From a bacterium (GTDB lineage Bacteria > UBA8248), in the NCBI GenBank assembly GCA_965199855.1, contig OZ241326.1, forward strand, positions 1,312,001 through 1,376,000: a stretch of DNA of 64,000 bases, read 5' to 3'. A program made the position numbers and the translations under genes. The notes beneath the pieces are model-generated. The model had not been told where the DNA came from, searched no databases, and worked only from the letters and a program-made list of their open reading frames with translations. Shown in pieces: positions 39,162 through 49,089 of the stretch. The stretch's first letter is position 1; every line of letters begins with the position of its first letter.

Positions 39162-40280
39162 ATGTCCCCGGCCCGCTACCGCGAAGGGAGGTTTCCCCCG
39201 GAGGATCGTCTCGACTGGCGGGCGCTGGCGCCGCTGATCGGGCCGGCGGTGGCGGCCCTGGCGCGCTACGACGGGACGCTCGCCGCCATTCCCAACGCCG
39301 ACGTTCTGATCGCGCCCCTCGCCACCCAGGAGGCGGTGCTCTCCTCGCGCATCGAGGGAACCCGCGCCACCATGGGCGAGGTGCTCGAATTCGAGGCCGC
39401 GGGAGAGGCGGCCTCCCCGGAAATGCAGAACGACATCGTGGAGGTGCTCAACTACCGCGCGGCGATGCGGGAGGCGGAGAAGATGCTGGAAAATTTGCCG
39501 CTCTCCCAGAGAGTCGTCCGCGAGGCGCATCGGGTATTGCTCTCCGGGGCGCGGGGAAAGAACAAAGCGCCCGGCGAATACCGGCGCGTTCCCAACTGGA
39601 TCGGGCCGCCGGGGTGCTCCATCGACGCCGCCACGTACGTCCCCGTCGGGCCGGAGAATCTCGCGGACGCCATGAGCGCGTGGGAGCGCTATATGCACGA
39701 GAATGCGCCCGATCTGCTGGTTCAGGCGGCCGTCCTGCACGCCGAGTTCGAGGCCATTCACCCTTTCCTGGACGGCAACGGCCGACTGGGGCGGATGCTG
39801 ATTCCCCTGTTTCTGTGGCGGCGCGGCCTCATCAGTCGTCCCATGTTCTACATCAGCGCCTATTTTGAAGCGCATCGCGATGCGTATTACGATGGACTGC
39901 TCGCCGTCTCGCGCGACGACGACTGGACGGGTTGGTGTAGATTCTTTCTCGAAGGCGCGCGCGCGCAGGCGGAGGACAATCTGGCGAAGGCCAGGGCGAT
40001 TCTCGATCTCTACGAGGAGATGAAGCGCCGCGTCCCGGAATTGACCCGCTCCCGATACGCCGTCCAGGCGCTGGACTGGATGTTCGGGCGTCCGATTTTC
40101 CGGGGCGTCGATTTTATGAAGAAGGCGGGCATCCCGAAGCCGACGGCGTACAGGGCCTTGAAGATGCTTCATCGCGGCGAAATCCTGAGCGTCGCCAGAA
40201 CGGGGCGAGGCCGCAGGTCGCCCGTTTATTTGTTCCCGGGTTTGCTCAACATCGCGGAAGGGAGGAAAGCGTTTTCATGA
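39162..40280 (+). CDS. Fic family protein with N-terminal inhibitory motif
   Basis: Canonical HPFLDGNGRLGR; SSRIEG (S/T)xxxE(G/N)-type motif; probable C-terminal HTH. Confidence 0.92.
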   Translation: MSPARYREGRFPPEDRLDWRALAPLIGPAVAALARYDGTLAAIPNADVLIAPLATQEAVLSSRIEGTRATMGEVLEFEAAGEAASPEMQNDIVEVLNYRAAMREAEKMLENLPLSQRVVREAHRVLLSGARGKNKAPGEYRRVPNWIGPPGCSIDAATYVPVGPENLADAMSAWERYMHENAPDLLVQAAVLHAEFEAIHPFLDGNGRLGRMLIPLFLWRRGLISRPMFYISAYFEAHRDAYYDGLLAVSRDDDWTGWCRFFLEGARAQAEDNLAKARAILDLYEEMKRRVPELTRSRYAVQALDWMFGRPIFRGVDFMKKAGIPKPTAYRALKMLHRGEILSVARTGRGRRSPVYLFPGLLNIAEGRKAFS

Positions 40281-40363
40281 TCATGTATGAAACATAAATG
40301 CGTTTATATTTCATTTTTTGATGAAAATGAAATGAAAAACATGAAAAGCTTACTGTATGAAAC
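40272..40363. repeat. AT-rich cluster of ATGAAA/TTTCAT hexamers
   Basis: ATGAAA at 40287, 40321, 40327, 40332, 40341, 40357; TTTCAT at 40273 and 40309; TGTATGAAAC twice. Confidence 0.7.
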
Positions 40364-40400
40364 GAAAAAATGCTTTTGTGTCGCTTTGGGGGGCGAAGCG

Positions 40401-41081
40401 ATGCGTAAAACCGCATCCTCGAAGATTCTTCCAGACGATTTTTCAGGGAGGAGGGCGGGGGCGCGCCGCCCCGGGGGCGCGCTCGTTCTCGTCCTCCTGC
40501 TGGCCGGCCTCTCCGCCTGCGTCGCGCCGACGCCCGCGCGGCAGGGGGACATCTGCGAGGTTTTCGCGCAGCAACCCGACTGGTACGACCACGCCCGCGC
40601 CTCGCGGGCGCGCTGGGGCACGCCGATGCACGTGCTGATGGCGTTCGTGCGGCACGAGTCGAGCTTCCGAAGCCACGCCAGGCCGCCCATCCGGTGGTTC
40701 TTCATCGTTCCGCTCGGCCGCGCCTCCTCGGCGAGGGGATACGCGCAGGCGCTGGACGGCACCTGGAGGGAATACAAGGCGGAGCGGGGGATGTTCCGCA
40801 GCCGCTCGAGCATGAAGGACGCGCTCGACTTCATCGGCTGGTACAACTACAGGACCCGGCGCGAGCTGGGCATCTCCCTCTGGGACGCGCGCAGGCTCTA
40901 CCTCGCCTATCACGAGGGGCAGGGGGGCTACCGGCGCGGAACCTGGAAGCGGAAGCCCGGCCTCCAGCGCGTCGCGCGGCGGGTGGCCGCCACCGCCCGG
41001 CGCTACAGGGCGCAAATCAGGCGCTGCGAGTCGAGGTTCCGATGCGACGCCTGGTATCAGGTATGGCCTTTCTGCCGATGA
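40401..41081 (+). CDS. Lytic transglycosylase SLT-like lipoprotein
   Basis: Lipobox LSAC; MAFVRHESSF, SSARGYAQALDGTW, YLAYHEGQGG. Start uncertain. Confidence 0.82.
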   Translation: MRKTASSKILPDDFSGRRAGARRPGGALVLVLLLAGLSACVAPTPARQGDICEVFAQQPDWYDHARASRARWGTPMHVLMAFVRHESSFRSHARPPIRWFFIVPLGRASSARGYAQALDGTWREYKAERGMFRSRSSMKDALDFIGWYNYRTRRELGISLWDARRLYLAYHEGQGGYRRGTWKRKPGLQRVARRVAATARRYRAQIRRCESRFRCDAWYQVWPFCR

Positions 41082-41106
41082 GGGCGCGCGGGCCCGGAGC
41101 TTCCCG

Positions 41107-41823
41107 ATGAGAACGGCGAGGAAAATGGCCGCGCGGGGCGGACGCGGGCGCGCGACGCTCGCCCCCGCGCTTCTCGCCGCGCTCCTCGCGCTCTCGCCCG
41201 GCGCCGCGCCGGCGGAGGAGGAGATCGTCCTCGGCCGCTTCTCGGCGGGCGACCTCTCCGGCTGGACGACCAAGAGCTTCAACGGCGAGACCGCGTATCG
41301 CTTCGTCAGGGACGCGGGAGGCGGAACCGTCCTCGAGGCCGTCAGCGAGGGAACGGCCTCCGGTCTCGTGCTGGAGCGGAGGATCGACCTCACGAAGACG
41401 CCCGTTCTCGTCTGGCGCTGGCGGATCGAGCGTCCCGTCAGCCCGCCGGACGAGCGCAGCAGAGAGGGGGACGACTTCGCCGCGCGGATCTATTTCGTCG
41501 TCCCCGGCGCGGGCTGGCTCTCCCTGCCGGATTCCATCGCCTACGTCTGGGCGAGCCGCCAGCCCGAGGGCGCCTCCTGGCCCAACCCCTTCACCGGGAA
41601 AGTCCGCATGGTCGCCGTCGATTCGGGCGCGGAGCGCGCCGGGCGGTGGCGGACGCATCGCCGGAACATGCGCGAGGATTTCCGCGCGCATTTCGGGCGG
41701 GACGTCACCGAGGTCACCCACGTCGCCATCATGACGGATTCGGACAACAGCAAGCTCTCGGCGCGGGGCTGGTATGGCGACGTCCGCGTCGCCCCGGCGC
41801 AGCCGGGAGAGAAGACCCGCTGA
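41107..41823 (+). CDS. DUF3047 family exported protein
   Basis: W.W.I, DDFAARIY, YVWAS, WPNPFT, VAIMTDSDN. Confidence 0.85.
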   Translation: MRTARKMAARGGRGRATLAPALLAALLALSPGAAPAEEEIVLGRFSAGDLSGWTTKSFNGETAYRFVRDAGGGTVLEAVSEGTASGLVLERRIDLTKTPVLVWRWRIERPVSPPDERSREGDDFAARIYFVVPGAGWLSLPDSIAYVWASRQPEGASWPNPFTGKVRMVAVDSGAERAGRWRTHRRNMREDFRAHFGRDVTEVTHVAIMTDSDNSKLSARGWYGDVRVAPAQPGEKTR

Positions 41824-41859
41824 GGACGGGCGGGGTTCAATCGCAAGGGAGAACAATTC

Positions 41860-42478
41860 ATGCGCGTCGCCGTGATTGATATAGGCAGCCCTGAAAAAGA
41901 CAACATCGGTTGGGCCATTGTCGGGAGAAAAAGCGATTGTGGCACCGATCTGGATAAATGCGTCAAATCTCTCGCCCGCGCGCTTGAAGCGGGTCCCTTG
42001 GCGCTCGGCTTTGAGGCGCCGATGTTCGTCCCCATGCGCGAGGAGCCGAAGTCGCTGACAGAGGCGCGGCGCGGTGAGGGCAATCGAGCATTCTCGGCTG
42101 GACCTGGCGCCACTGCCCTGGTTACTTCAACGGTGGTCGCGCCTTATGTCCTGCGTCGTCTCAGAGAAGACGTTCGGGATGCGGCGGCGACGCTTGATTG
42201 GCGCGACTGGCCGGGCGACCGCGCAGGGCCGAAGCAAATGCTTCTATTCGAGGCTTTTGTGACAAATCAGAATGGAAACAAGGATAATCGGCACGTTGAG
42301 GACGCCAAACTGGCGGCTGAAGAGATCTACTCGAAGCTCAAAGAGAAAGAGGAAAATTGAATCGGCTGTTACGGTCGATGAGTGTTTCAGCATTCTCGGC
42401 GCCATGATGCTGCGAACCGGCTGGTCAAGCGATATTCGCATTCTGTCTGAGTCGTGTCTGGTGGTCAGACCGGCCTAA
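41860..42478 (+). pseudogene. Lower-GC gene with RNase H-like/DUF429-like N-terminus, frameshifted near 42345
   Basis: VAVIDIG...GWA, LGFEAP, FEAF. The ORF stops at 42360, but the +1 frame continues KIESAVTVDECFSILGAMMLRTGWS...VVRPA to TAA 42478 across an A-rich tract. Confidence 0.55.
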
Positions 42479-42494
42479 GCGGAGAGCGGGTCTT

Positions 42495-44519
42495 TTACTC
42501 CTCAAGCGCCTCGGCGACGAGTTCGGCGACGTCGGCGGCGCGGATGGTCTTCTCCGGGTCGAGCGCCTTCAGGGCGTCCTCGAACATCTGCATGCAGAAG
42601 GGGCAGGAGACGGCGGCGGTCTCTGCGCCGCAGGCCTTCACGTCCTCCAGCCGCTCGTGGTTGATGCGCTTCTTCGGGTCGTCGTCCATCCAGGCGTAGC
42701 CGCCCCCCGCCCCGCAGCAGAGCGAGCGCGAGCGGCTGCGCCCGAGTTCCGTGAAGCCGCCGTCCGAGATTTGACGAAGCGCCTCGCGCGGGGCGTCATA
42801 GACCCCGTTGTGGCGGCCCAGGTAGCAGGGGTCGTGATAGGTGAGGGAGCCGGGCGACTTCCGGAGCCTGAGCTTTCCGCTCCGGATGAGCTCGGCGATG
42901 AGCTGCGTGTGGTGCACCACCTCGTAGTCGCCGCCGAAGTCGGGGTATTCGTTCCTGTAGGTGTTGAAGCAGTGCGGGCAGGTGGTGATGATTTTCCTCA
43001 CCCCGTAGCCGTTCAGCGTCGCTATGTTCCGCTTCGCGCACATCTGGAAGGTGAACTCCCCCCCGACGCGCCGCGCCGGATCGCCCGTGCAGACCTCCTC
43101 CGCCCCCAGAATCGCGAAATCCACGCCCGCCGCCTTGAGAATCTTCACCATCGCCCGCGAGATCTCGATGTTGCGGTCGATCATCGAGCCCGTGCAGCCC
43201 ACCCAGTAGAGATACTCCGCCCTCTCGCCGCTTGAGAGGACTTTCACGTCCAGCCCCTCGTACCACTCCTCGCGGTTGCGTTGGGCGCCCACCCAGGGGT
43301 GGAGCCGATCGTCCATGGACTTGAGGAACTGGCGCGCGTCCTCGCTCGTCTTCGACTCCATCATCACCAGATGGCGGCGCATGTCCACCATCTTGGGGAC
43401 GTGCTCGATGAATACGGGGCACTCCTGCTGGCAGGCGCCGCAGGTGCGGCAGCCCCAGAGCTCCTCCTCCAGGACGGCGGGCCTCTCCGCGGGCTCGCCG
43501 AACAGGGGCGCGCGCTCCGCCGCCTCGCCGTTCGCCTCGCCCGCCTCGCTCATGTGCGCCTTCATGTCCTGAATCAGCTTTCGGGGGCTGAGCGGCACGC
43601 CGCTCATGTAGGCGGGGCAGACGTCCTGGCAGCGGCCGCAGTTCGTGCAGGCGTCCAGATCGAGGAGGCTCTTCCAGGTGTATTCCTCGATTTTCCCGAC
43701 GCCTAGGGTTTCCAGCGCCTCGGGGTCCGACTCCATCGCCGCTTCGATGTCGATGAAGCGGAGCTTGCCGCTCGGCTCGAGATTCCGGCAGAAGGCGTTC
43801 AGCAGGCCGTACCAGATGTGGTTGAATTTCCCGAAGCCCATGTAGCCCAGCAGGACGAAGGCGCTCACGGCGTGGAACCACCAGTTCACGCGGTGGAGGA
43901 AGCGGAGCGTCTCGACGTCGAGGCCCTGCGCCATCAGGGCGATCGCGTAGCCGCCCGGCGACCAGGGCGCCAGGCCCGGCTGCTGCCTGAGCTCCGTCGC
44001 CGCGATGCGAAGCCCCTCCACCACGAAGCCCTGCGCGAAGACGAGCAGGAGCAGCCACAGCGCGAGGTGGTCGTCGAGCATGGAGTTCATGCGCTCGGGC
44101 CGCGTCACCAGACGCCGCCAGAGCGCCATCAGGATTCCGACGATCCCCAGGAGGCCGAAGCCGTCGCTGAGCAGGGAGTAGCCCAGATAGAGGTTTCCCT
44201 TGAGATAGTGGATGCCCGTCCACTCCTGGACGGCGATCATCGACGTGGCGATGAGCTCGGCGAAGAAGCCGTAGAAGATGAACAGGTGCATGAGGCCGGG
44301 GTAGGCGTCGCGCAGCATCCGGCGATGAAGCAGGAGCTCGCCCGCCACGCCCGCGAGCCGCCTGCCGGGGCTGTCGGTTCGCGCCTCGCCGCCGCCTAGA
44401 CGCCACAGCCTCACGCGCTGGTATATGCCGAAGGACATGACGCCGAGCGCCGCCGCGGCGAGAAGATAGACCAGGGGGCCCAGGACGATGTTCCAGTAGA
44501 TTTCCCGCGTGGGCGTCAT
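42495..44519 (-). CDS. Membrane-anchored Fe-S oxidoreductase (FadF/HdrED-like: TM domain, 2x[4Fe-4S], two CCG domains)
   Basis: TM helices; [50 protein letters not shown]. Confidence 0.92.
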   Translation of the reverse strand: MTPTREIYWNIVLGPLVYLLAAAALGVMSFGIYQRVRLWRLGGGEARTDSPGRRLAGVAGELLLHRRMLRDAYPGLMHLFIFYGFFAELIATSMIAVQEWTGIHYLKGNLYLGYSLLSDGFGLLGIVGILMALWRRLVTRPERMNSMLDDHLALWLLLLVFAQGFVVEGLRIAATELRQQPGLAPWSPGGYAIALMAQGLDVETLRFLHRVNWWFHAVSAFVLLGYMGFGKFNHIWYGLLNAFCRNLEPSGKLRFIDIEAAMESDPEALETLGVGKIEEYTWKSLLDLDACTNCGRCQDVCPAYMSGVPLSPRKLIQDMKAHMSEAGEANGEAAERAPLFGEPAERPAVLEEELWGCRTCGACQQECPVFIEHVPKMVDMRRHLVMMESKTSEDARQFLKSMDDRLHPWVGAQRNREEWYEGLDVKVLSSGERAEYLYWVGCTGSMIDRNIEISRAMVKILKAAGVDFAILGAEEVCTGDPARRVGGEFTFQMCAKRNIATLNGYGVRKIITTCPHCFNTYRNEYPDFGGDYEVVHHTQLIAELIRSGKLRLRKSPGSLTYHDPCYLGRHNGVYDAPREALRQISDGGFTELGRSRSRSLCCGAGGGYAWMDDDPKKRINHERLEDVKACGAETAAVSCPFCMQMFEDALKALDPEKTIRAADVAELVAEALEE

Positions 44520-44691
44520 GTGGGAGTCCCGTGGGGCTGCGGGGCGCGCGGGGGCTTCTGCGCTTCCGTTTTTCGGGAGAGTAGCCAAACTCGCGGGAAA
44601 TGTCGAATCATCGCGCGGATCGTTTGAAACGCGGCCGTCTTTGCGGGATAATTCCGAAGCGGGAATTTTCGGGAGGGCGCGGAGGCGGCGA

Positions 44692-45105
44692 ATGAGCGAG
44701 CGGAAGATTCGGGTGCTGGTGGGCAAGCCCGGCCTCGACGGGCACGACCGGGGGGCGAAGGTCGTCGCACGCGCGCTCAGGGACGCCGGCATGGAGGTGA
44801 TTTACACGGGCATTCGCCAGACGCCCGAGCAAATCGCCTCGGCCGCCATGCAGGAGGACGTCGACTGCGTGGGCCTCTCGATTCTCTCCGGCGCGCACAA
44901 CCACCTGTTCCCCAGAATACGCGAGCTCCTCGACCGGCAGGGGATGGAGGACGTCCCCCTCTTCGGGGGCGGCATCGTGCCGGACGAGGACATACCGGCC
45001 CTGAAGGAGAAGGGGGTGGACGAGATTTTCACCCCGGGCGCCACGATGGAGGCCATCGTCGCCTACGTGCGGAAAACGGCGGCCGGGCGCGGGCGCGGCG
45101 CGTGA
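44692..45105 (+). CDS. Stand-alone cobalamin-binding subunit of methylmalonyl-CoA-mutase-type enzyme
   Basis: [14 protein letters not shown] (DxHxxG), [18 protein letters not shown]. Confidence 0.93.
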   Translation: MSERKIRVLVGKPGLDGHDRGAKVVARALRDAGMEVIYTGIRQTPEQIASAAMQEDVDCVGLSILSGAHNHLFPRIRELLDRQGMEDVPLFGGGIVPDEDIPALKEKGVDEIFTPGATMEAIVAYVRKTAAGRGRGA

Positions 45106-45190
45106 TGAAGCGGCCGCGTTGCGGCGCGCGCCCCCCTCGCCTATACTGCGGGGCGCGGCGGCCGCGCTTTTTGGAAACCGGAATGAAGGG

Positions 45191-45646
45191 ATGACGATGA
45201 CGAAATGGCCATGGCGCGCGGGGCTGGCGGCCTGCCTGCTGCTCGTCGGCGCCTGCCAGCGCAGCCCGATAGAAAACGCCCTGCGGGGCGCTCTCCTTCC
45301 CACGGAGGAGAACGTGGTCGTCAGGTCCTACTGCCAGAGTTGCCACGTGCACGTGAAGTTCGAGGAAGCCTCGCACGTGGAGAAGCAGCAGCTCCGGTAT
45401 GACGGGAAAAGCCCGCTGCGCGCCGCCACCCGGTGCCTCGAATGCCACGTCCTGCGTCCCAGAACGGTTTTTCGGGGAGAAGAGGAGCGCAGGACGCGCT
45501 TTCCGCACGGCGGGCTGATCGAGGTCGCCGACATCCCCAGCCCGAAGCCCGCCGCCGCCCTGAAAGGCGGAGACGGGCCGGCTCCCAAGACCGGCGCTCC
45601 CGCGAAAAAGAAGAAGAGGCGCTGGTATTTCCTGTATCTCTACTGA
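45191..45646 (+). CDS. Small diheme c-type cytochrome lipoprotein
   Basis: Lipobox LVGAC; CQSCH and CLECH; basic/aromatic tail KKKKRRWYFLYLY. Confidence 0.8.
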   Translation: MTMTKWPWRAGLAACLLLVGACQRSPIENALRGALLPTEENVVVRSYCQSCHVHVKFEEASHVEKQQLRYDGKSPLRAATRCLECHVLRPRTVFRGEEERRTRFPHGGLIEVADIPSPKPAAALKGGDGPAPKTGAPAKKKKRRWYFLYLY

Positions 45647-46455
45647 GCCGGCCGCCGGGTCGGATCGAGCAGGTCCCGCAGCCCGTCGCCCAGCGCGTTC
45701 AGTCCCATGACGGTGAGGGCGATGGCGATTCCCGGATAAATCGTCAGGTGCGGCGCGACGAGCAGGAAGTCGCGCCCCTCGGCCAGCATCGCCCCCCAGC
45801 TCGGCTCCGGCGGCTGTATCCCCAGACCCAGGAACGAGAGGCCCGACTCGGCGAGAATCGCCCCCGCCATGCCGAAGCTCGCCTCCACCACGACGGGAGA
45901 GACGACGTTCGCCAGCAGGTGCCGGGTGAGGATGCGCGCGGGCGCGGCGCCCGCGGCGCGGGCGGCGGTGACGAACTCGCGCTCGCGCAGCGCGAGCGTC
46001 TGCGCGCGGACGAGGCGCGCGTAGCCCACCCACCCGAACGCCGAGAGCGAGAGGACGATGTTCCACAGGCTCGGCGCGAGGACGGACATGAGCGCGATGG
46101 CGAGCAGGATGCCGGGAAAGGCGAGGAACACGTCGGTTACGCGCATGATCGCCTCGTCCCAGATTCCGCCGAGGTAGCCCGCCGCCCCTCCGATGAGAAC
46201 CCCCAGCAGCGCGGAGACGGAAACGGCGGCGAAGCCCACCGCGAGCGAGATTCTGCTGCCGTGCAGAACGCGGCTCAGGATGTCGCGGCCCAGCTTGTCC
46301 CGCCCGAAGGGGTGCGCCGCGTCGGGAGGCGCCAGCCCCTCGGACAATTCCATCGCATAGGGGCTTTGGGGCGAGAGCGCCGGGGCGGCGAGCGCCGCGG
46401 CGAGCAGGAGGACGATGACGCCGCCGCCCAGATAGATGGCCAGTCCGCCCCTCAT
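45640..46455 (-). CDS. Peptide/nickel ABC transporter permease (DppC/OppC-like)
   Basis: HPFGRDKLGRD, EFVTAARAAGA, ESGLSFLGLG, PSWG, LGDGLRD. Confidence 0.92.
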   Translation of the reverse strand: MRGGLAIYLGGGVIVLLLAAALAAPALSPQSPYAMELSEGLAPPDAAHPFGRDKLGRDILSRVLHGSRISLAVGFAAVSVSALLGVLIGGAAGYLGGIWDEAIMRVTDVFLAFPGILLAIALMSVLAPSLWNIVLSLSAFGWVGYARLVRAQTLALREREFVTAARAAGAAPARILTRHLLANVVSPVVVEASFGMAGAILAESGLSFLGLGIQPPEPSWGAMLAEGRDFLLVAPHLTIYPGIAIALTVMGLNALGDGLRDLLDPTRRPAQ

Positions 46456-47372
46456 TCCAGCCTCACGCGGGGGTCGAGCCAGGCGTAGGCGAGGTCGGCC
46501 AGAAAGTTGGCGCTCACGTAGACGAGGGCGATGAACAGCACGCAGCCCTGCACGAGCGGATAGTCGCGGGCGGCGATGGCCTGAATCACCAGCCTCCCCA
46601 CGCCGGGCCAGGCGAATACCGTCTCCGTGATGATGGCGCCCGAAAGCAGGGCGCCGAGCTGGAGGCTCAGGACGGTGATGAGCGGCAGGCAGGCGTTCCT
46701 GAGCGCGTGGAGCCAGAGCACCCTGCGCTCCGAAAGCCCCTTGGCGCGCGCCGCGCTCACGTAGTCGCGCGGCAGCTCCTCCAGGAGGCTCGAGCGCGCC
46801 ATGCGCATGAGGATGGGAGAGAGCGCGGCGCCGAGCGTCGCGGCGGGCAGAACGAGGCTCAGGGCGCCCTCCCTGCCCGAGACGGGAAGCCAGCCCAGTC
46901 CGATGGAGAAGACGATGATGAGCAGAGGCCCCAGCCAGAAGACGGGAACGCTCGCCCCGGCCACGGCGAGGAAGCCCGCCGCCAGGTCCACGCCCGCGCC
47001 CGGCCGCCGCGCCGCCGCCGCCCCCAGCGGAAGCGCGATGAGCGCGGCGGCCGCCATGGCGGCGAGTGCCAGCTCGGCCGAGGCGGGGGCGCGCTCCAGG
47101 ATGATGGCCGACACCGCTCTTCTCTGGTGGAGCGAGACGCCCATGTCCCCCGCCAGCAGCCCGCCCATGTAGTCCGCGTATTGGGCGCCGAGGGAGCGAT
47201 CCAGCCCCAGCGTCCGGCGCAGCCGCTCGCGCTGGGCGGGCCGGGCGGTCTCGCCCAGCATCAAATCCACCGGGTCGCCCGGCAGCGCCTGGGTGACGAC
47301 GAACACGAGCGTCGCCACCCCCCACAGAACGGGGAGGAGGAGGAGGACGCGCCTCAGCATGAACCTTCTCAT
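46452..47372 (-). CDS. Peptide/nickel ABC transporter permease (DppB/OppB-like)
   Basis: PGDP, DYVSAARAKGL, HALRNA, ETVFAWPG, RDYPLVQG. Confidence 0.92.
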   Translation of the reverse strand: MRRFMLRRVLLLLPVLWGVATLVFVVTQALPGDPVDLMLGETARPAQRERLRRTLGLDRSLGAQYADYMGGLLAGDMGVSLHQRRAVSAIILERAPASAELALAAMAAAALIALPLGAAAARRPGAGVDLAAGFLAVAGASVPVFWLGPLLIIVFSIGLGWLPVSGREGALSLVLPAATLGAALSPILMRMARSSLLEELPRDYVSAARAKGLSERRVLWLHALRNACLPLITVLSLQLGALLSGAIITETVFAWPGVGRLVIQAIAARDYPLVQGCVLFIALVYVSANFLADLAYAWLDPRVRLE

Positions 47373-48931
47373 TCGCCGCCCCGCCGCGCGCCCGGGGAGA
47401 GCCTGACCCTCGCCAGCGAGATCAAATCCTCGTCCGGGAACACGCGATAGCCCGAGATGCGCCTGTCGAATGCCGCCACGTTCACGCTGTGCCACAGGTT
47501 CACGTAGGGAAGCTCGGCGCCGAGGATGCGCTGCGCCTCGCCATACAGGCGGGCGCGGGCGTCCGCGCGGGCGTCGGCGCGCGCGGCTTCGAGGAGCGCG
47601 TCCACGCGCGCGTTTGCGTAGCCGCCCCGGTTGAGGCCCGCCGGCGGCGTGAAGCGGCTGTGGAAGATGTGGCGGTAGATGTCCGGGTCGGATATGCCGA
47701 CCCACGTCAGGCTGTAGAGCTGGAAATTCCCGCTTCGGACGTCGCCGAAAAATGTGCCCCACTCATAGGAGCGGATTTTCATTTCGATTCCCACGGCGGC
47801 GAGCTGATGCGCCAGCACGGAGGCGACGCGGCGCCTCAGCTCGTTCTGGGAGGTTTTGTAGATGAGGGTGAAGCGCGGTCTGGGCCCCGGCCCGTCGGGG
47901 TCGGGAAAGCCCGCCTCGTCGAGGAGCTTTCTCGCGAGCGCCGGGCGGTGCGCGTAGCGGGGCAGGCCCTTTTCGTGTGCCCAGTGGGTCGGCGGCAAGA
48001 GGCTGTCCGCCTCCCTGGCGAGGCCCTTGAGGATGAAGCGGACGATGGGCGCCCTGTCGATCGCGTGGGCGATGGCGCGCCGCACTTTCAGCCTGGAGAG
48101 AATCGGGTCGCTCAGGTTGAAGCCGATGTAGCTGAAGTTCGTGCCCAGGCGCCTGCGAACCCGGAGCCGCTCGTTCTTGAGGAGCCGGGGCAGGAGATCG
48201 GGGGAAAAGGAATTCTGGAGGAAATCGACGCCTCCGCTCTCGAGTTCGAGGACGCGGATGGTCTCCTCCGGCAGGATTCGGAAGACGAGGCGCTCGAAGG
48301 CGGGCCTGCCGCCGAAGTGGCCGGCGAACGCCCGGAGGGTGACGCGATCGTCGGGCGCGAACTCCGCGAACTCGAAGGGTCCGGTGCCGACGGGCCTTTG
48401 GGCGAAGCGCCTCCCCGCCCCGCGCGCGCTTTCGGGGAGGATGCCGACCATCAGCGATTCCGCGAAGGAGGCGGAGGGCTCCCTCAGATGGAATACGACG
48501 CTGTGCGGCGTGGGCGTCTCTATGCGCGCGAGCTCCTCCAGGCCCGCCGCCTTGGGGGAGGCGAGCGCGGGGTCCCGAATGGAGTCGAAGGTGTATTTCA
48601 CGTCGGCCGAGGTGAGGGGCGCGCCGTCGTGGAACCGCACGCCGCGCCTGAGCTCGAAGCGATGAACGAGGGGCGTGGGCCGCTCCCAGCTGCTGGCGAG
48701 CTCCGGAACGAGGCGGCCTTCTTGATCCCTGGCTATCAGGCGGTTGAAAATGAAGCGCTGCACCTGGGAGGAGACGGCGTCCTGCGAGAGCCTCGGGTCG
48801 AGCTGCGTCGGGTTGGCCTCGATGCCGACCACGAGGGCGCCGCTTTCGACGCGGCGCCTCTCCCCGCAGCCGGATGAGGCGCCCCACGCGAGAGCGAGAA
48901 GGACGGGAAGGACGAGCGATTTTTTCTTCAC
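47369..48931 (-). CDS. Peptide/nickel ABC transporter substrate-binding lipoprotein (family 5)
   Basis: Signal/lipobox; PELASSW, FHDG, DVKYT, VGTGPF, VRRAIAHAID. Confidence 0.92.
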   Translation of the reverse strand: MKKKSLVLPVLLALAWGASSGCGERRRVESGALVVGIEANPTQLDPRLSQDAVSSQVQRFIFNRLIARDQEGRLVPELASSWERPTPLVHRFELRRGVRFHDGAPLTSADVKYTFDSIRDPALASPKAAGLEELARIETPTPHSVVFHLREPSASFAESLMVGILPESARGAGRRFAQRPVGTGPFEFAEFAPDDRVTLRAFAGHFGGRPAFERLVFRILPEETIRVLELESGGVDFLQNSFSPDLLPRLLKNERLRVRRRLGTNFSYIGFNLSDPILSRLKVRRAIAHAIDRAPIVRFILKGLAREADSLLPPTHWAHEKGLPRYAHRPALARKLLDEAGFPDPDGPGPRPRFTLIYKTSQNELRRRVASVLAHQLAAVGIEMKIRSYEWGTFFGDVRSGNFQLYSLTWVGISDPDIYRHIFHSRFTPPAGLNRGGYANARVDALLEAARADARADARARLYGEAQRILGAELPYVNLWHSVNVAAFDRRISGYRVFPDEDLISLARVRLSPGARRGGE

Positions 48932-49089
48932 TTGGATATACCGGCGGGCGAGGCGTCTTTGGGGAGATTCGCACGGGCGGGAGCCCGGCGTCAACGCCGC
49001 GGCTCCGCCCGGGTTTACAGTCCCTTTCGGGAGGATTAAGATTGGCGCGACATGAATTCGCCGGTTCGATGATCTGGAGGGGTTCGCCG

